Position numbers and translations under genes: made by a program. DNA of 64,000 nt from positions 1 to 64,000 of IMG/VR virus record IMGVR_UViG_3300010944_000263; one strand, given 5' to 3'. This document shows, piece by piece, positions 1-8,163 of the stretch. The stretch comes from a virus (taxonomy: Duplodnaviria; Caudoviricetes). The notes beneath the pieces were generated by a model. It did no database searches. It saw only the letters and a list, made by a program, of their open reading frames with translations, and was not told the origin of the DNA. Numbering within the stretch: the stretch's first letter is position 1; each line of letters opens with the position of its first letter.

Positions 1-236
1 TGGCTAGTGTTGTACGTGCGATCGATGGCGAGCGAGACTAAATGAACAAAGACAAAGGTGATGATCGGCTCTCGCTGCGACTAGGTGTCCTGCGAGAGCC
101 GCTGCTGCGTCGAGCGGAGTCGGTCGGGAAAACTCCCAGTCAGCGGCGGACAACGCAAGATGGGATGTCATGCAATGCGAGATCGACGCCAAGCTAGAGC
201 ACAAGTAAGCCGAAACGCGGAGCAATCCGCGTCCAC

Positions 237-752
237 ATGGGAGGCTCCCGTGTGCTGATGAGGCAGCCAACACCCTCTGATCTCTCTTTCATTGAAAGAC
301 CAGTTATGAAAACAGTCTTCGAAACCCGATTCGCCAAAATCGGCGAAACAGCCGAGCACTACCGGTCTGTCAGAATCAACTCGACAGAAGAGGCAAAGAA
401 GTGGGCAGCGATTCATCTCACCGCGTACTTTGCAGACAAACTTGACCAAGAAGAATTTCTAGTTATCACGCTCGACACAAAGTATCAGGCGCGACGGATT
501 ATCCGCATCACCCGCGGAACACTCGATTCATCCCTCGTCCATCCGCGAGAAGTCTTTCGTGCAGCAATCGCCGATGCAGCAAGCGCGATTCTGCTTGCAC
601 ACAACCATCCTTCCGGCGATCCAACGCCAAGCCGACCAGACATCGAAGTAACGAACAGGTTGCGAGAGGTTGGCAGGGTAGTGGGAATACCAGTCATAGA
701 CCATCTTGTTGTCGGCGATCGGATTGTCTCGTTCGCGGATATGGGAGTCTAA
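237..752 (+). CDS. radC: RadC-like JAB/MPN domain protein
   Basis: JAB motif HNHPSGDPTPSRPD...DHLVVG and LVHPREVF. Start may be ATG 306. Confidence 0.9.
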   Translation: MGGSRVLMRQPTPSDLSFIERPVMKTVFETRFAKIGETAEHYRSVRINSTEEAKKWAAIHLTAYFADKLDQEEFLVITLDTKYQARRIIRITRGTLDSSLVHPREVFRAAIADAASAILLAHNHPSGDPTPSRPDIEVTNRLREVGRVVGIPVIDHLVVGDRIVSFADMGV

Positions 753-830
753 GACAGTTCGGACACGAGGAGCTGCCCGAGGCTCCAACTGCCCGCGCTG
801 TTGCGGATTCAAACAACCAGGAGATTGACA

Positions 831-1595
831 ATGACAACCATCTACACCCCTTGGGGACAATCACAATCGCAACGCAAGCACGCTGATGGCATCGTTTTCT
901 ATTCGACAGCGAGTCACGGAGGCTTTCACTTGAGCGACGATCGCTACGCAGAGTTCTGCAAGATCGCCGAGTTCACTAACTTTCCGCAATGGCTTGAAGA
1001 GGACTGCCAAGCCGTGCTGGTTTACCTGCGATGGCCCGAACTGGCGACCGACGAACAAATCAATTCGGGAGTGACGATGGCGAGGCACGCGCAGCAGTGG
1101 GGAGTCGCATGGGAAGCTATCAACGCATGGCTAGACAGACCATGCCAGTCGCACATCTTAGATCGATCGCAAAAGCACGTTGATGCGGTCAAGCATCTTT
1201 GGGAGCGACGGAGTTTATGGACGAGCGGAATCCCAGGAGCATGGGGAGTCAATTTCCGTCGCGAAGATGAAACCAAAACTGTCCTGATGGAGTACCCCAA
1301 AAAACGGTACTACACCGACGAAGAGCTGCAGGCAGCTAATCGAGAGACAGTTGCTAACTACATCAAGAGTCTTAGCATTCCCGACATGCCGCCACTTGAA
1401 GTCACAGCAAGCGAATACACCATCAAGAGCGTCAAACGAACGGAAGCGTTTCTAGGCGAACTTGAAGATGCGATTGTCAGGGCGAAAGAAATCAACTCCG
1501 AGTATAGCCCTGCATTCGGAGTGCAGGTCGAGAACAGCTCGGGAGAAACCGTCTGGGACTCCGAAGAAGCTGCATACGACGCGCATCACGAGTAG
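831..1595 (+). CDS. Hypothetical protein with an N-terminal TPWG...STASHGG domain (DUF7007-like, typical of mobile-element leading regions)
   Basis: TPWGQSQ...GIVFYSTASHGGFHLS motif; AGGAG SD at 819-823 before ATG 831. Confidence 0.7.
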   Translation: MTTIYTPWGQSQSQRKHADGIVFYSTASHGGFHLSDDRYAEFCKIAEFTNFPQWLEEDCQAVLVYLRWPELATDEQINSGVTMARHAQQWGVAWEAINAWLDRPCQSHILDRSQKHVDAVKHLWERRSLWTSGIPGAWGVNFRREDETKTVLMEYPKKRYYTDEELQAANRETVANYIKSLSIPDMPPLEVTASEYTIKSVKRTEAFLGELEDAIVRAKEINSEYSPAFGVQVENSSGETVWDSEEAAYDAHHE

Positions 1596-1605
1596 GCAAA
1601 ATCGA

Positions 1606-1628
1606 TTTTGTGACATCGTGTCACAAAA
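1606..1628. repeat. Perfect palindrome TTTTGTGACA-TCG-TGTCACAAAA (dispersed motif family)
   Basis: 10-bp inverted arms with a 3-nt centre; intergenic. Confidence 0.9.
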
Positions 1629-1660
1629 CTGGAATGATCGACTTTTCAAGGATGATAGTC

Positions 1661-1801
1661 ATGTCAAAGCGAATTTGGATTGCGGTTGTTTTGCTTCTCT
1701 GCGGATGCGCAGGGCAGCGAGTACGAGTCACAGTTACGCGGGCTCATGGTGAGCCAGCAGTCAGCATTGAAATCGAAGAGATAAGGAATCATGGCAGGTA
1801 A
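1661..1801 (+). CDS. Small putative lipoprotein
   Basis: MSKRIWIAVVLLLCGC: basic N-terminus, hydrophobic core and lipobox-like LCGC. Confidence 0.6.
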   Translation: MSKRIWIAVVLLLCGCAGQRVRVTVTRAHGEPAVSIEIEEIRNHGR

Positions 1802-2186
1802 ACGCAAGAATCACCGGAGAGTGAAGCTGCAAGACATAAAAGCCACTACACGAATGCTTCACTCTGAACTGTCACCGCAACAGTCCGCGCTTAGCCGGTA
1901 CACATACAAGCACGTCGGGCATTACGTTTGCGAAACTTATGAGCAATGGGAAACCGGTTTTCTTCGAGAACGCAATCCTAATGCCGAGCTAATCATCTGG
2001 ATGCGTATTGCAGCAGTGATAATGCACTTAAAACCACAAACAACCGATAAAACAAAACAGCTAATAGCTGTAATGTGCATTGGTAAACCATCTCCCGAAG
2101 TCACAGCAGCTTGGGAGGAGATCAAAGAAACGGCAGGCAATCATGTCTACCAAGCAGTCGAGGAATTTAATCAAGGAAACTATTAA
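1791..2186 (+). CDS. Hypothetical protein
   Basis: 131-aa ORF translationally coupled to the upstream gene; AAGGA SD. Confidence 0.7.
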   Translation: MAGKRKNHRRVKLQDIKATTRMLHSELSPQQSALSRYTYKHVGHYVCETYEQWETGFLRERNPNAELIIWMRIAAVIMHLKPQTTDKTKQLIAVMCIGKPSPEVTAAWEEIKETAGNHVYQAVEEFNQGNY

Positions 2187-2353
2187 ACATGAGAGTAGGC
2201 CGGCAGAGTTCAAGCCACGCAACCGACCGTACTATTGCTAGGGCTCAGGGGGTTTAGGCTGAGCGCGGCGGGATACTTTCCCGCGTACCCAAGTGAATCG
2301 ATGCAACCAGCACATCGAAACACAATCATCACCCTGCTGGATGGAGAATTGCT

Positions 2354-2533
2354 ATGAAGGTTTCAATCGAGAACAACGAACTGGTTATTCGCATCCCCGT
2401 CGAAAATCCACCACAACCAAGCGCATCAGGGAAAACGTTGGTAGTGGCTAGCAGTCGCGGCAATGTCAAGACGGATGTCACCATCCAAGGCAAGCCAATT
2501 ACCATCGGACTGAACGCTTACATCGCCAAGTAA
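2354..2533 (+). CDS. Small conserved phage protein, 59 aa (MKVSIENNELVIRIP...PSASGKTLVVASSRGN); not in the supplied ORF track
   Basis: Hand-translated ATG 2354 to TAA 2533; GGAG SD; PSASGKTLVVAS motif recalled from other phage small proteins. Confidence 0.75.
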   Translation: MKVSIENNELVIRIPVENPPQPSASGKTLVVASSRGNVKTDVTIQGKPITIGLNAYIAK

Positions 2534-2619
2534 GCTTTCTTGCTGTCATTACGCCGCCCGTCATCGTTTGGCGGGCGGTCGACAGCAACACGGCTTAGAA
2601 TAAAGCAGGGGAGAGAACC

Positions 2620-2916
2620 ATGCCGGTTTTAGTGCTCAAGCGCAAGACGAACGAATCTATTACGATCAACGGAAACATTGTGGTGACGATATTGCGAACT
2701 GGGCGAGGGATTGCTCACGTCGCAATAAACGCACCACGAGAAGTAGAGGTGATGCGAAGTGAAATTCTGACCAAGAAGGAACAGCACAATGCGGAAGCAA
2801 TCGTACATCAGGTGGATGATACTGAAGGATCTTCCAGAAGTGATAGAGCTAGCCAAGCAGACGACGGAGCCAGTTTGGACGGAACGGGAGTTACGCAGCC
2901 AACTCAGTCAACGTGA
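2620..2916 (+). CDS. csrA: CsrA/RsmA-like carbon storage regulator homolog
   Basis: VLVLKRKTNESITINGNIVVTIL...AINAPREVEVMRSEI matches the CsrA pattern LxLxRKxxESIxI...IxAPxxVxVxRxE; the disordered tail overlaps the next gene. Confidence 0.8.
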   Translation: MPVLVLKRKTNESITINGNIVVTILRTGRGIAHVAINAPREVEVMRSEILTKKEQHNAEAIVHQVDDTEGSSRSDRASQADDGASLDGTGVTQPTQST

Positions 2917-3259
2917 CACCATCGGCATGATTGTCGAACGCAACGATAATATCGAAGCCTTTGTTATCTACGAAAGGCATCCTACTCGATTGCACATCCC
3001 CAATTTTGTTGTTGGAGAACGATTTCGAAGGCAAGGAGTAGGCAAGGCTATCATCGACAAGCTAAAAAACAAGCTTGAGCCAGACAGGAGGAATCGAATC
3101 ACCCTCACAGTGTCGGAATCCAACTTGGTCGCGCAGCAATTCCTAAGAGCAATGGGATTTCGAGCGGTTCAGATCATTCGCAAACCATACAGCGACCGGG
3201 ACGAAGATGCGTACTGCATGAGATGCAGCGTGTTTTCGGAAGTCACATCAAAACCATAG
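2789..3259 (+). CDS. GNAT acetyltransferase, RimI-like
   Basis: IRWMILKDLPEV start; acetyl-CoA motif RRQGVG; V-x-E-S-N...AQQFLRAMGF. Confidence 0.85.
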   Translation: MRKQSYIRWMILKDLPEVIELAKQTTEPVWTERELRSQLSQRDTIGMIVERNDNIEAFVIYERHPTRLHIPNFVVGERFRRQGVGKAIIDKLKNKLEPDRRNRITLTVSESNLVAQQFLRAMGFRAVQIIRKPYSDRDEDAYCMRCSVFSEVTSKP

Positions 3260-3268
3260 AGTAACCAA

Positions 3269-3610
3269 ATGAACACAGAACAAAACAAATTCCTTCTTCC
3301 TGCTACCGAGGGAAATCAACCATCTCCATGCTTGTGCTGCGGTCCTCGCCTGTCACATTTATGCGAAGAGTCACGTATCGCTGTCGGACTCGGATTCGCT
3401 GCTCTTACAAAGAACGGCGAGGTCATTTGGCAAGAAGACAATCACGAGTGGAACGACTGCATGACGGTCGCGCAGGCTGACAAGATCGCTGCTGCAGATC
3501 CTCTCAACGATTGGCGCATCGTCCTGCATGGACCATTGCGAGGACAGACATATCAGCGCCACGGCGACATGAAGTGGGTCTTAGTAGAAAAGAACGAGGG
3601 ATTCGCATGA
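3269..3610 (+). CDS. Hypothetical phage protein
   Basis: 113-aa ORF in operon, ATGA overlap with the methylase. Confidence 0.7.
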   Translation: MNTEQNKFLLPATEGNQPSPCLCCGPRLSHLCEESRIAVGLGFAALTKNGEVIWQEDNHEWNDCMTVAQADKIAAADPLNDWRIVLHGPLRGQTYQRHGDMKWVLVEKNEGFA

Positions 3611-4449
3611 GCAAAACACAGCCCCTCAAATGGCACGGAGGTAAATCTTATTTGGCACAGTGGATAATCGAGCACTTTCCAAGCCGAGACGAGTACACGC
3701 ACTACAACGAGCCCTATGCAGGCGGTCTTTCTGTGCTTTTCGCGCACGATCCAGAAGGTAAAGCGGAAGCTGTGAACGACCTGAACAGCGACCTTACGAT
3801 ATTCTGGCAAGTCTTAGCGCACGAAGAGTTGTCCGAACGGTTCATCAAGTCAATGTCTTGTGTTCCGCTTGGCAATCTAGGATTCGAGGCAAGCAAGGCG
3901 ATGACACAAGCTCCGGTTGTCGCTTACGAATCATGGGCAGGCATGGCACTACACCGTGCTGCCGCTTTCTTCGTCCGCTACAGACAATCTAGGCAAGGGC
4001 TAGGAAAGGACTACTGCACGCCAACAACAAGAACCAGGAGGGGTATGAATGAGAATGTCTCGGCTTGGCTATCTGCTGTCGATGGATTGCCAGAGGCTTG
4101 CGAACGACTGCGACGAGTTGAGATTCGAAACATGGACGCCATTGATTTCATCCAAGCTTACGACCACGAAAAAGCATTGTTCTATCTCGACCCACCTTAT
4201 CTGCACGAAACTCGCGTTACGAAGAGCGACTACGAGCACGAGATGAAGATAGAAGATCACTGCCGTTTGCTGGAATGCTTGACGAAGATCAAAGGAAAGT
4301 TTTGCTTGAGTGGATACCCGAGCGACTTGTATCAGAGATACTCGCAAGCAAACAACTGGACTGTTGCGCATCGAGAGATAGACAACAAAGCAAGCGGCAA
4401 GAAATCAAAGGATAAGAAGACCGAGGCTATCTGGAGGAATTACCAATGA
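3607..4449 (+). CDS. dam: DNA adenine methyltransferase (D12/Dam family)
   Basis: LKWHGGKSYLA, EPYAGG (motif I) and LFYLDPPY (motif IV); start reassigned to ATG 3607. Confidence 0.92.
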   Translation: MSKTQPLKWHGGKSYLAQWIIEHFPSRDEYTHYNEPYAGGLSVLFAHDPEGKAEAVNDLNSDLTIFWQVLAHEELSERFIKSMSCVPLGNLGFEASKAMTQAPVVAYESWAGMALHRAAAFFVRYRQSRQGLGKDYCTPTTRTRRGMNENVSAWLSAVDGLPEACERLRRVEIRNMDAIDFIQAYDHEKALFYLDPPYLHETRVTKSDYEHEMKIEDHCRLLECLTKIKGKFCLSGYPSDLYQRYSQANNWTVAHREIDNKASGKKSKDKKTEAIWRNYQ

Positions 4450-4799
4450 AAAACAAAGATGACATTTTGGTAGCTATGGTGATCGCAATGATAATCATGG
4501 CTAGCATAACATGGTACTCCGTATGGAGCATGAGCCGCCTGCACAGTCAGCTTCGAGAATCTGACGTGCATCACAATAAACAGTGGCTAGGTCGCGAACC
4601 TTCTCGGGAAGAAGTAACTAAATACATAGAGAGCCATAACGGCTCGTCGCCACCTGCAAGCTGGTATCCTAACGGAAACCCTTGGCGCAACTTCACAGCA
4701 AAGGAAACAGATGAATGGATGCAGTATTATGAATACACTCCCGAGAACCGAAAGAAGTGGGCCGAGGCAGGCACACCAATGAAGTTCGAGAAACCTTAG
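4446..4799 (+). CDS. Hypothetical membrane-anchored protein
   Basis: N-terminal hydrophobic helix ILVAMVIAMIIMASITWYSVW; ATGA coupling. Confidence 0.7.
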   Translation: MKNKDDILVAMVIAMIIMASITWYSVWSMSRLHSQLRESDVHHNKQWLGREPSREEVTKYIESHNGSSPPASWYPNGNPWRNFTAKETDEWMQYYEYTPENRKKWAEAGTPMKFEKP

Positions 4800-4815
4800 A
4801 AGAACGGATTGAACA

Positions 4816-5070
4816 ATGACAAACACGCAAGCAAGAGCACACGGCTCGGACGAGTGGCACGACTACGGGGATGTTTCGATGTACGAAGCAGCGAGGCGAG
4901 AAGCTGTTAAGACATCACTCAGCGCATTCGGGTCGGCTGAATACCGATGGTGGATCGAATGGTGGATCGAAGTACGCCACGAGGGAGATAGCACTGTTCC
5001 GATGAGGCGCGTTCAAGTGCAGACGAAAGTAGTTGCAGAGATAATTGAGCCACGTCAAGGCGCAGACTGA
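4816..5070 (+). CDS. Hypothetical protein
   Basis: 84-aa ORF, last gene of the + operon. Confidence 0.6.
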   Translation: MTNTQARAHGSDEWHDYGDVSMYEAARREAVKTSLSAFGSAEYRWWIEWWIEVRHEGDSTVPMRRVQVQTKVVAEIIEPRQGAD

Positions 5071-5081
5071 CAAAAGAAAAC

Positions 5082-5112
5082 AGCCGGCGCGAGAAGCAGA
5101 TTCGCGCCGGCT
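5082..5112. terminator. Bidirectional intrinsic terminator between convergent operons
   Basis: Stem AGCCGGCGCGA / TCGCGCCGGCT with A-rich 5' and T-rich 3' flanks. Confidence 0.8.
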
Positions 5113-5126
5113 CTTCTTGTCGGGCT

Positions 5127-5414
5127 CTACCGACACTTACCGCCAGGACATCCAGAACGCACCGGCATCACAATGTTGGTGTACACGCGGCTTCCGATTC
5201 TTGTGGTAGTTGAACTCGACCCGTCGCTGTGATACCCGTAGGTGAATCGACCAACGCGGTGGTACGTTACGGCAACGCTCTCTCCGCCAATGCGATACTG
5301 GCCATACGTGAACCGACTGTCGCGGCGAGGGCTCCACAGCTCGCTCTGGATGACATCCTGCGCGGAAGCCGACGAACAGAGTACCAACGCCAAAACCAAA
5401 CTTGCAAACTTCAT
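5127..5414 (-). CDS. Small secreted protein
   Basis: Signal peptide MKFASLVLALVLCSSASA; C-terminal CPGGKC. Confidence 0.7.
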   Translation of the reverse strand: MKFASLVLALVLCSSASAQDVIQSELWSPRRDSRFTYGQYRIGGESVAVTYHRVGRFTYGYHSDGSSSTTTRIGSRVYTNIVMPVRSGCPGGKCR

Positions 5415-5460
5415 ACTATCACTCCTTGAATGGCTCCAGTCGCGTTAGGAACATCCAAAC

Positions 5461-5485
5461 ACAAAACACCCCACGCGACGGGGTG
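5461..5485 (-). terminator. Intrinsic terminator of the replication operon
   Basis: Minus strand CACCCCG-TCGCG-TGGGGTG followed by TTTTGTGTTT. Confidence 0.65.
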
Positions 5486-5513
5486 AACATCCTACGAGAG
5501 CATTGTACTCCCG

Positions 5514-6074
5514 CTACTCTTCTGCCGAAACCGACTTTCGATCTTGAGCGAACTTGAGCAAATCGTCAGGCTTGATTCGCCACATAGCACGCTGCGCGCC
5601 ATCTGGACGAACATCGATTGCCGGCAATTGCTTTGCGTCAATCCAAGATTGCACCGTCCTGCGATTGACTCGCATACGAACAGCAACGTCTTCCACTTTT
5701 AGTAACTGGTCACTCATATACGCTTGCACCTCCTGCAATGTAATCCTATTAGGTGCCCCTGGGTTGGTCAGGTTCAAATACGCTTTAAGATCGAAATCGA
5801 ACAATCTCCGTTCAGCCAAGACAGCAAGCTGTCTCGCTTCCGGCCACTGTGCTGCAGATCCTAACTCCTCGTGGCAGAGACGACAAACCAGAAGCAAACC
5901 GCAGCGTTCACCAAGTAAAATTGCGCGACATGGACCACGTTTGATTTCATGCACGTCCAGAACGCCACGAGCACAATCGCATATTTCGCACTTCCAGATT
6001 TCTGCGCGTAGTCTGTCACGAACAGGCTTAACTTGCCGCATCAACTCTTGCCGCTTCTTGCTCACTGGACGCAT
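5514..6074 (-). CDS. Zn-binding HNH-like domain fused to an excisionase-like (HTH_17/AlpA) winged HTH
   Basis: CEICDC...DVHEI...VCRLCH, then LLKVEDVAVRMRVNRRTVQSWIDAKQLPA; GGAG SD before ATG 6074. Confidence 0.7.
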   Translation of the reverse strand: MRPVSKKRQELMRQVKPVRDRLRAEIWKCEICDCARGVLDVHEIKRGPCRAILLGERCGLLLVCRLCHEELGSAAQWPEARQLAVLAERRLFDFDLKAYLNLTNPGAPNRITLQEVQAYMSDQLLKVEDVAVRMRVNRRTVQSWIDAKQLPAIDVRPDGAQRAMWRIKPDDLLKFAQDRKSVSAEE

Positions 6075-6673
6075 AACAACTCCACTCCAGATATTCCACG
6101 GTTTAGACGGGCTGTAATAGTTGACTTGTGAATCCCTGTCTCGCGAGCCCACTGTGATACGGTCATAGTTCGATCGCCGATTGTTACATGACGATTGCGA
6201 GACGTATTGTTGTTTTGCACTACCCGCGTAGCCCAGTAACAATTTGATGGTTCGTAATCCCCGCTAGACTCTCGACGCTCGATAGTGTGTTTATCAGGAC
6301 GTTCACCCATGTCTTCTATAAACGCTTCGAATGATCGCCAACGCTCGCACACCCGTACGCCTTTACCGCCGTAAAGATGATAGTTTGCATTGTTAGGATT
6401 GTCACACCTACGCCACATCTGACACCAGACCTTGTAGACGCCTTCCTTGCTTCTTCCGTGAGTTCTGTTGACAGGAGGTGGATTATCTTTTGATAAACAA
6501 CCACAGCTTTTCTTACGTCCGGCTGTTAGCTGCCCATTCACCGCAGTCACTTCATTACCGCAATCGCACAAGCATCGGCTAAGGCTATGCCCATAATCAT
6601 CTGTTCCACAAAACTCTATAACTACGAGACGCCCAAATCTTGTTCCCTCTTTGTGTGTTTTCATTTTTGCCAT
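6062..6673 (-). CDS. Free-standing HNH-type homing endonuclease (RFGRLVV / CxCDCG family)
   Basis: GTRFGRLVV, RCLCDCGN, KSCGC, HTIERRESSGDYEPSNCYWAT; GGAGA SD before ATG 6673; in-frame upstream ATG at 6811. Confidence 0.85.
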   Translation of the reverse strand: MAKMKTHKEGTRFGRLVVIEFCGTDDYGHSLSRCLCDCGNEVTAVNGQLTAGRKKSCGCLSKDNPPPVNRTHGRSKEGVYKVWCQMWRRCDNPNNANYHLYGGKGVRVCERWRSFEAFIEDMGERPDKHTIERRESSGDYEPSNCYWATRVVQNNNTSRNRHVTIGDRTMTVSQWARETGIHKSTITARLNRGISGVELLCVQ

Positions 6674-6815
6674 GATGTCTCCAGAAAATAGCCCCCGAAG
6701 ATGGCTAACCCAACTTTGCGGCAAGCAGCCGCAGAAACTTGGCATCTTCGGGGGCGTTTGTGTTAGTAGGTTAGCGACGGATATTGTATCACCTCGCTTT
6801 CTTTTTGCCATGAGT

Positions 6816-7043
6816 TTAATTGTCCTCCTCCTTTGGACGATACCCTAGCCATTTGCCGCACTGATTGCATGTTGTGCGAATCCAATTAGTTCGCTTTGGA
6901 TCGGGAACATCAACCCACAGCGAACGATCCATCCAGCACTTGCAATCGATCGCGGGAATGTCATCAGAATGGCAGTCCATCATCTGGCTCGGCTCTTCTG
7001 GATTGGCTTTTGTTGCCTCCGCCTTGGCTGTTCTGTTCCTCAA
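6816..7043 (-). CDS. Small Cys-containing hypothetical protein
   Basis: CKC...CNQCGKWLG zinc-ribbon-like motif; start uncertain. Confidence 0.55.
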   Translation of the reverse strand: MRNRTAKAEATKANPEEPSQMMDCHSDDIPAIDCKCWMDRSLWVDVPDPKRTNWIRTTCNQCGKWLGYRPKEEDN

Positions 7044-7206
7044 ACGACAAACTCAGGAACGTACCGTTCGCACCTTTGCGGATCCATCCTGAAATCCAAT
7101 AGTCAGTTCCGTTAATGTTTGCCTTGCCTTTGTAGTCGGGATGCTTCTCCGTATTCTTCTTTTCATTCTTGGACAATGTGCCCTTATTGGTGTTGTCATA
7201 CGCCAT
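6964..7206 (-). CDS. Small ssDNA-binding-like protein (OB-fold, DUF736-like)
   Basis: NKGTLSKN...HPDYKGKANINGTDYWISGW...FLSLS and an acidic SSB-type tail ending DDGLPF. Confidence 0.7.
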   Translation of the reverse strand: MAYDNTNKGTLSKNEKKNTEKHPDYKGKANINGTDYWISGWIRKGANGTFLSLSFEEQNSQGGGNKSQSRRAEPDDGLPF

Positions 7207-7615
7207 TGTTTATATCCTCGTTTGCCACTCGACTTGATTGCGTCCTGCGATTGTGGCAATCCTCGCACCGGACACGTAAACCATCGGGCTCGCAAAACAA
7301 ACGCTCAACGAATCCCCGAACATCTTCAAAGCTACGCAGCGAACCGCATGGCTCTATATGATCGACTTGCACCTTCTTGCGAGGAAACCATCCTTCGCAA
7401 TCGACGCATTGATACTCCCACTTAATCCGCTTGTTGTCGCTTTGGCTCGCTCGCTTGCACGCATCCAACGCCAGCCTTGCTAACGGCGGGAATCGCTGCG
7501 ACATCTTGCGCAGACCACTTCTGAGGAATCCCCAGAATTGCGCCTCCGTCCACTCGCCACCTGCCCTGGTGCGAGGGATCTTCATTCGCTTGTTGCCTGC
7601 CATCCTTTTCGGCAT
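7196..7615 (-). CDS. HNH endonuclease (possible resolvase)
   Basis: YQCVDC...VQVDHIEPCG...RCEDCHNRRT; start reassigned to ATG 7615. Confidence 0.8.
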   Translation of the reverse strand: MPKRMAGNKRMKIPRTRAGGEWTEAQFWGFLRSGLRKMSQRFPPLARLALDACKRASQSDNKRIKWEYQCVDCEGWFPRKKVQVDHIEPCGSLRSFEDVRGFVERLFCEPDGLRVRCEDCHNRRTQSSRVANEDINNGV

Positions 7616-7625
7616 CGGACAATTC

Positions 7626-8153
7626 CTATTCTCGGTTAAACGATTCCGCAAGCTCATCGACAAGCAATCCAACCGCTTCCTTGTCAAGACAGAGTGTAAC
7701 GTACTTGATCCCATCGCTAACGGTGAGACGAGTCTGTCCGTCGACGGTGCTAATGTCAACATTGCCACTCTCGGAAGGCTTGTTGCTGTCCTCGACCGCT
7801 TGCAACACCATGTCTACAACTTCCTCCGCATGCAACTCCGACCAAACGTACACCATCTGGTAGCAAGCGTTTTCTAGCCCGAGGAAATGCCGGTGGTACT
7901 GCCCTGGCTCGCAATCGATTACGGGATCATCGATCGTCTCGCACTTTTCTCCGTGTCGCGGTCCTCCAATGAACATAACCATCCACTTCTCACTATCGGA
8001 GTCATCGACAGGCGACGATTCGCTGTTTCGCTTCTCAAGCATCTTGTCCGCGATCTCGTACGCATCGACAGCCACATCATCGGTCTTGTTAGTGGCAACC
8101 AACGCCTGCATTGCTCTCGCTGCAAAATAGTCCCTCAAAGATAAATTGCTCAT
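7626..8153 (-). CDS. Hypothetical phage protein (LRDYFAARAMQ motif)
   Basis: N-terminal motif common in phage early proteins. Confidence 0.7.
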   Translation of the reverse strand: MSNLSLRDYFAARAMQALVATNKTDDVAVDAYEIADKMLEKRNSESSPVDDSDSEKWMVMFIGGPRHGEKCETIDDPVIDCEPGQYHRHFLGLENACYQMVYVWSELHAEEVVDMVLQAVEDSNKPSESGNVDISTVDGQTRLTVSDGIKYVTLCLDKEAVGLLVDELAESFNRE

Positions 8154-8163
8154 TCACTCTCTC

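Noticed and set aside
1606-1628. Palindrome as a CRP/FNR site
   Set aside because: TGTGA and TCACA are separated by 7 bp rather than 6, and the arms extend with TTT/AAA; a dedicated protein is more likely
6062-6811. Group I intron hosting the HNH
   Set aside because: Neighbouring genes are intact and coupled; no P/Q/R/S core or interrupted exon seen
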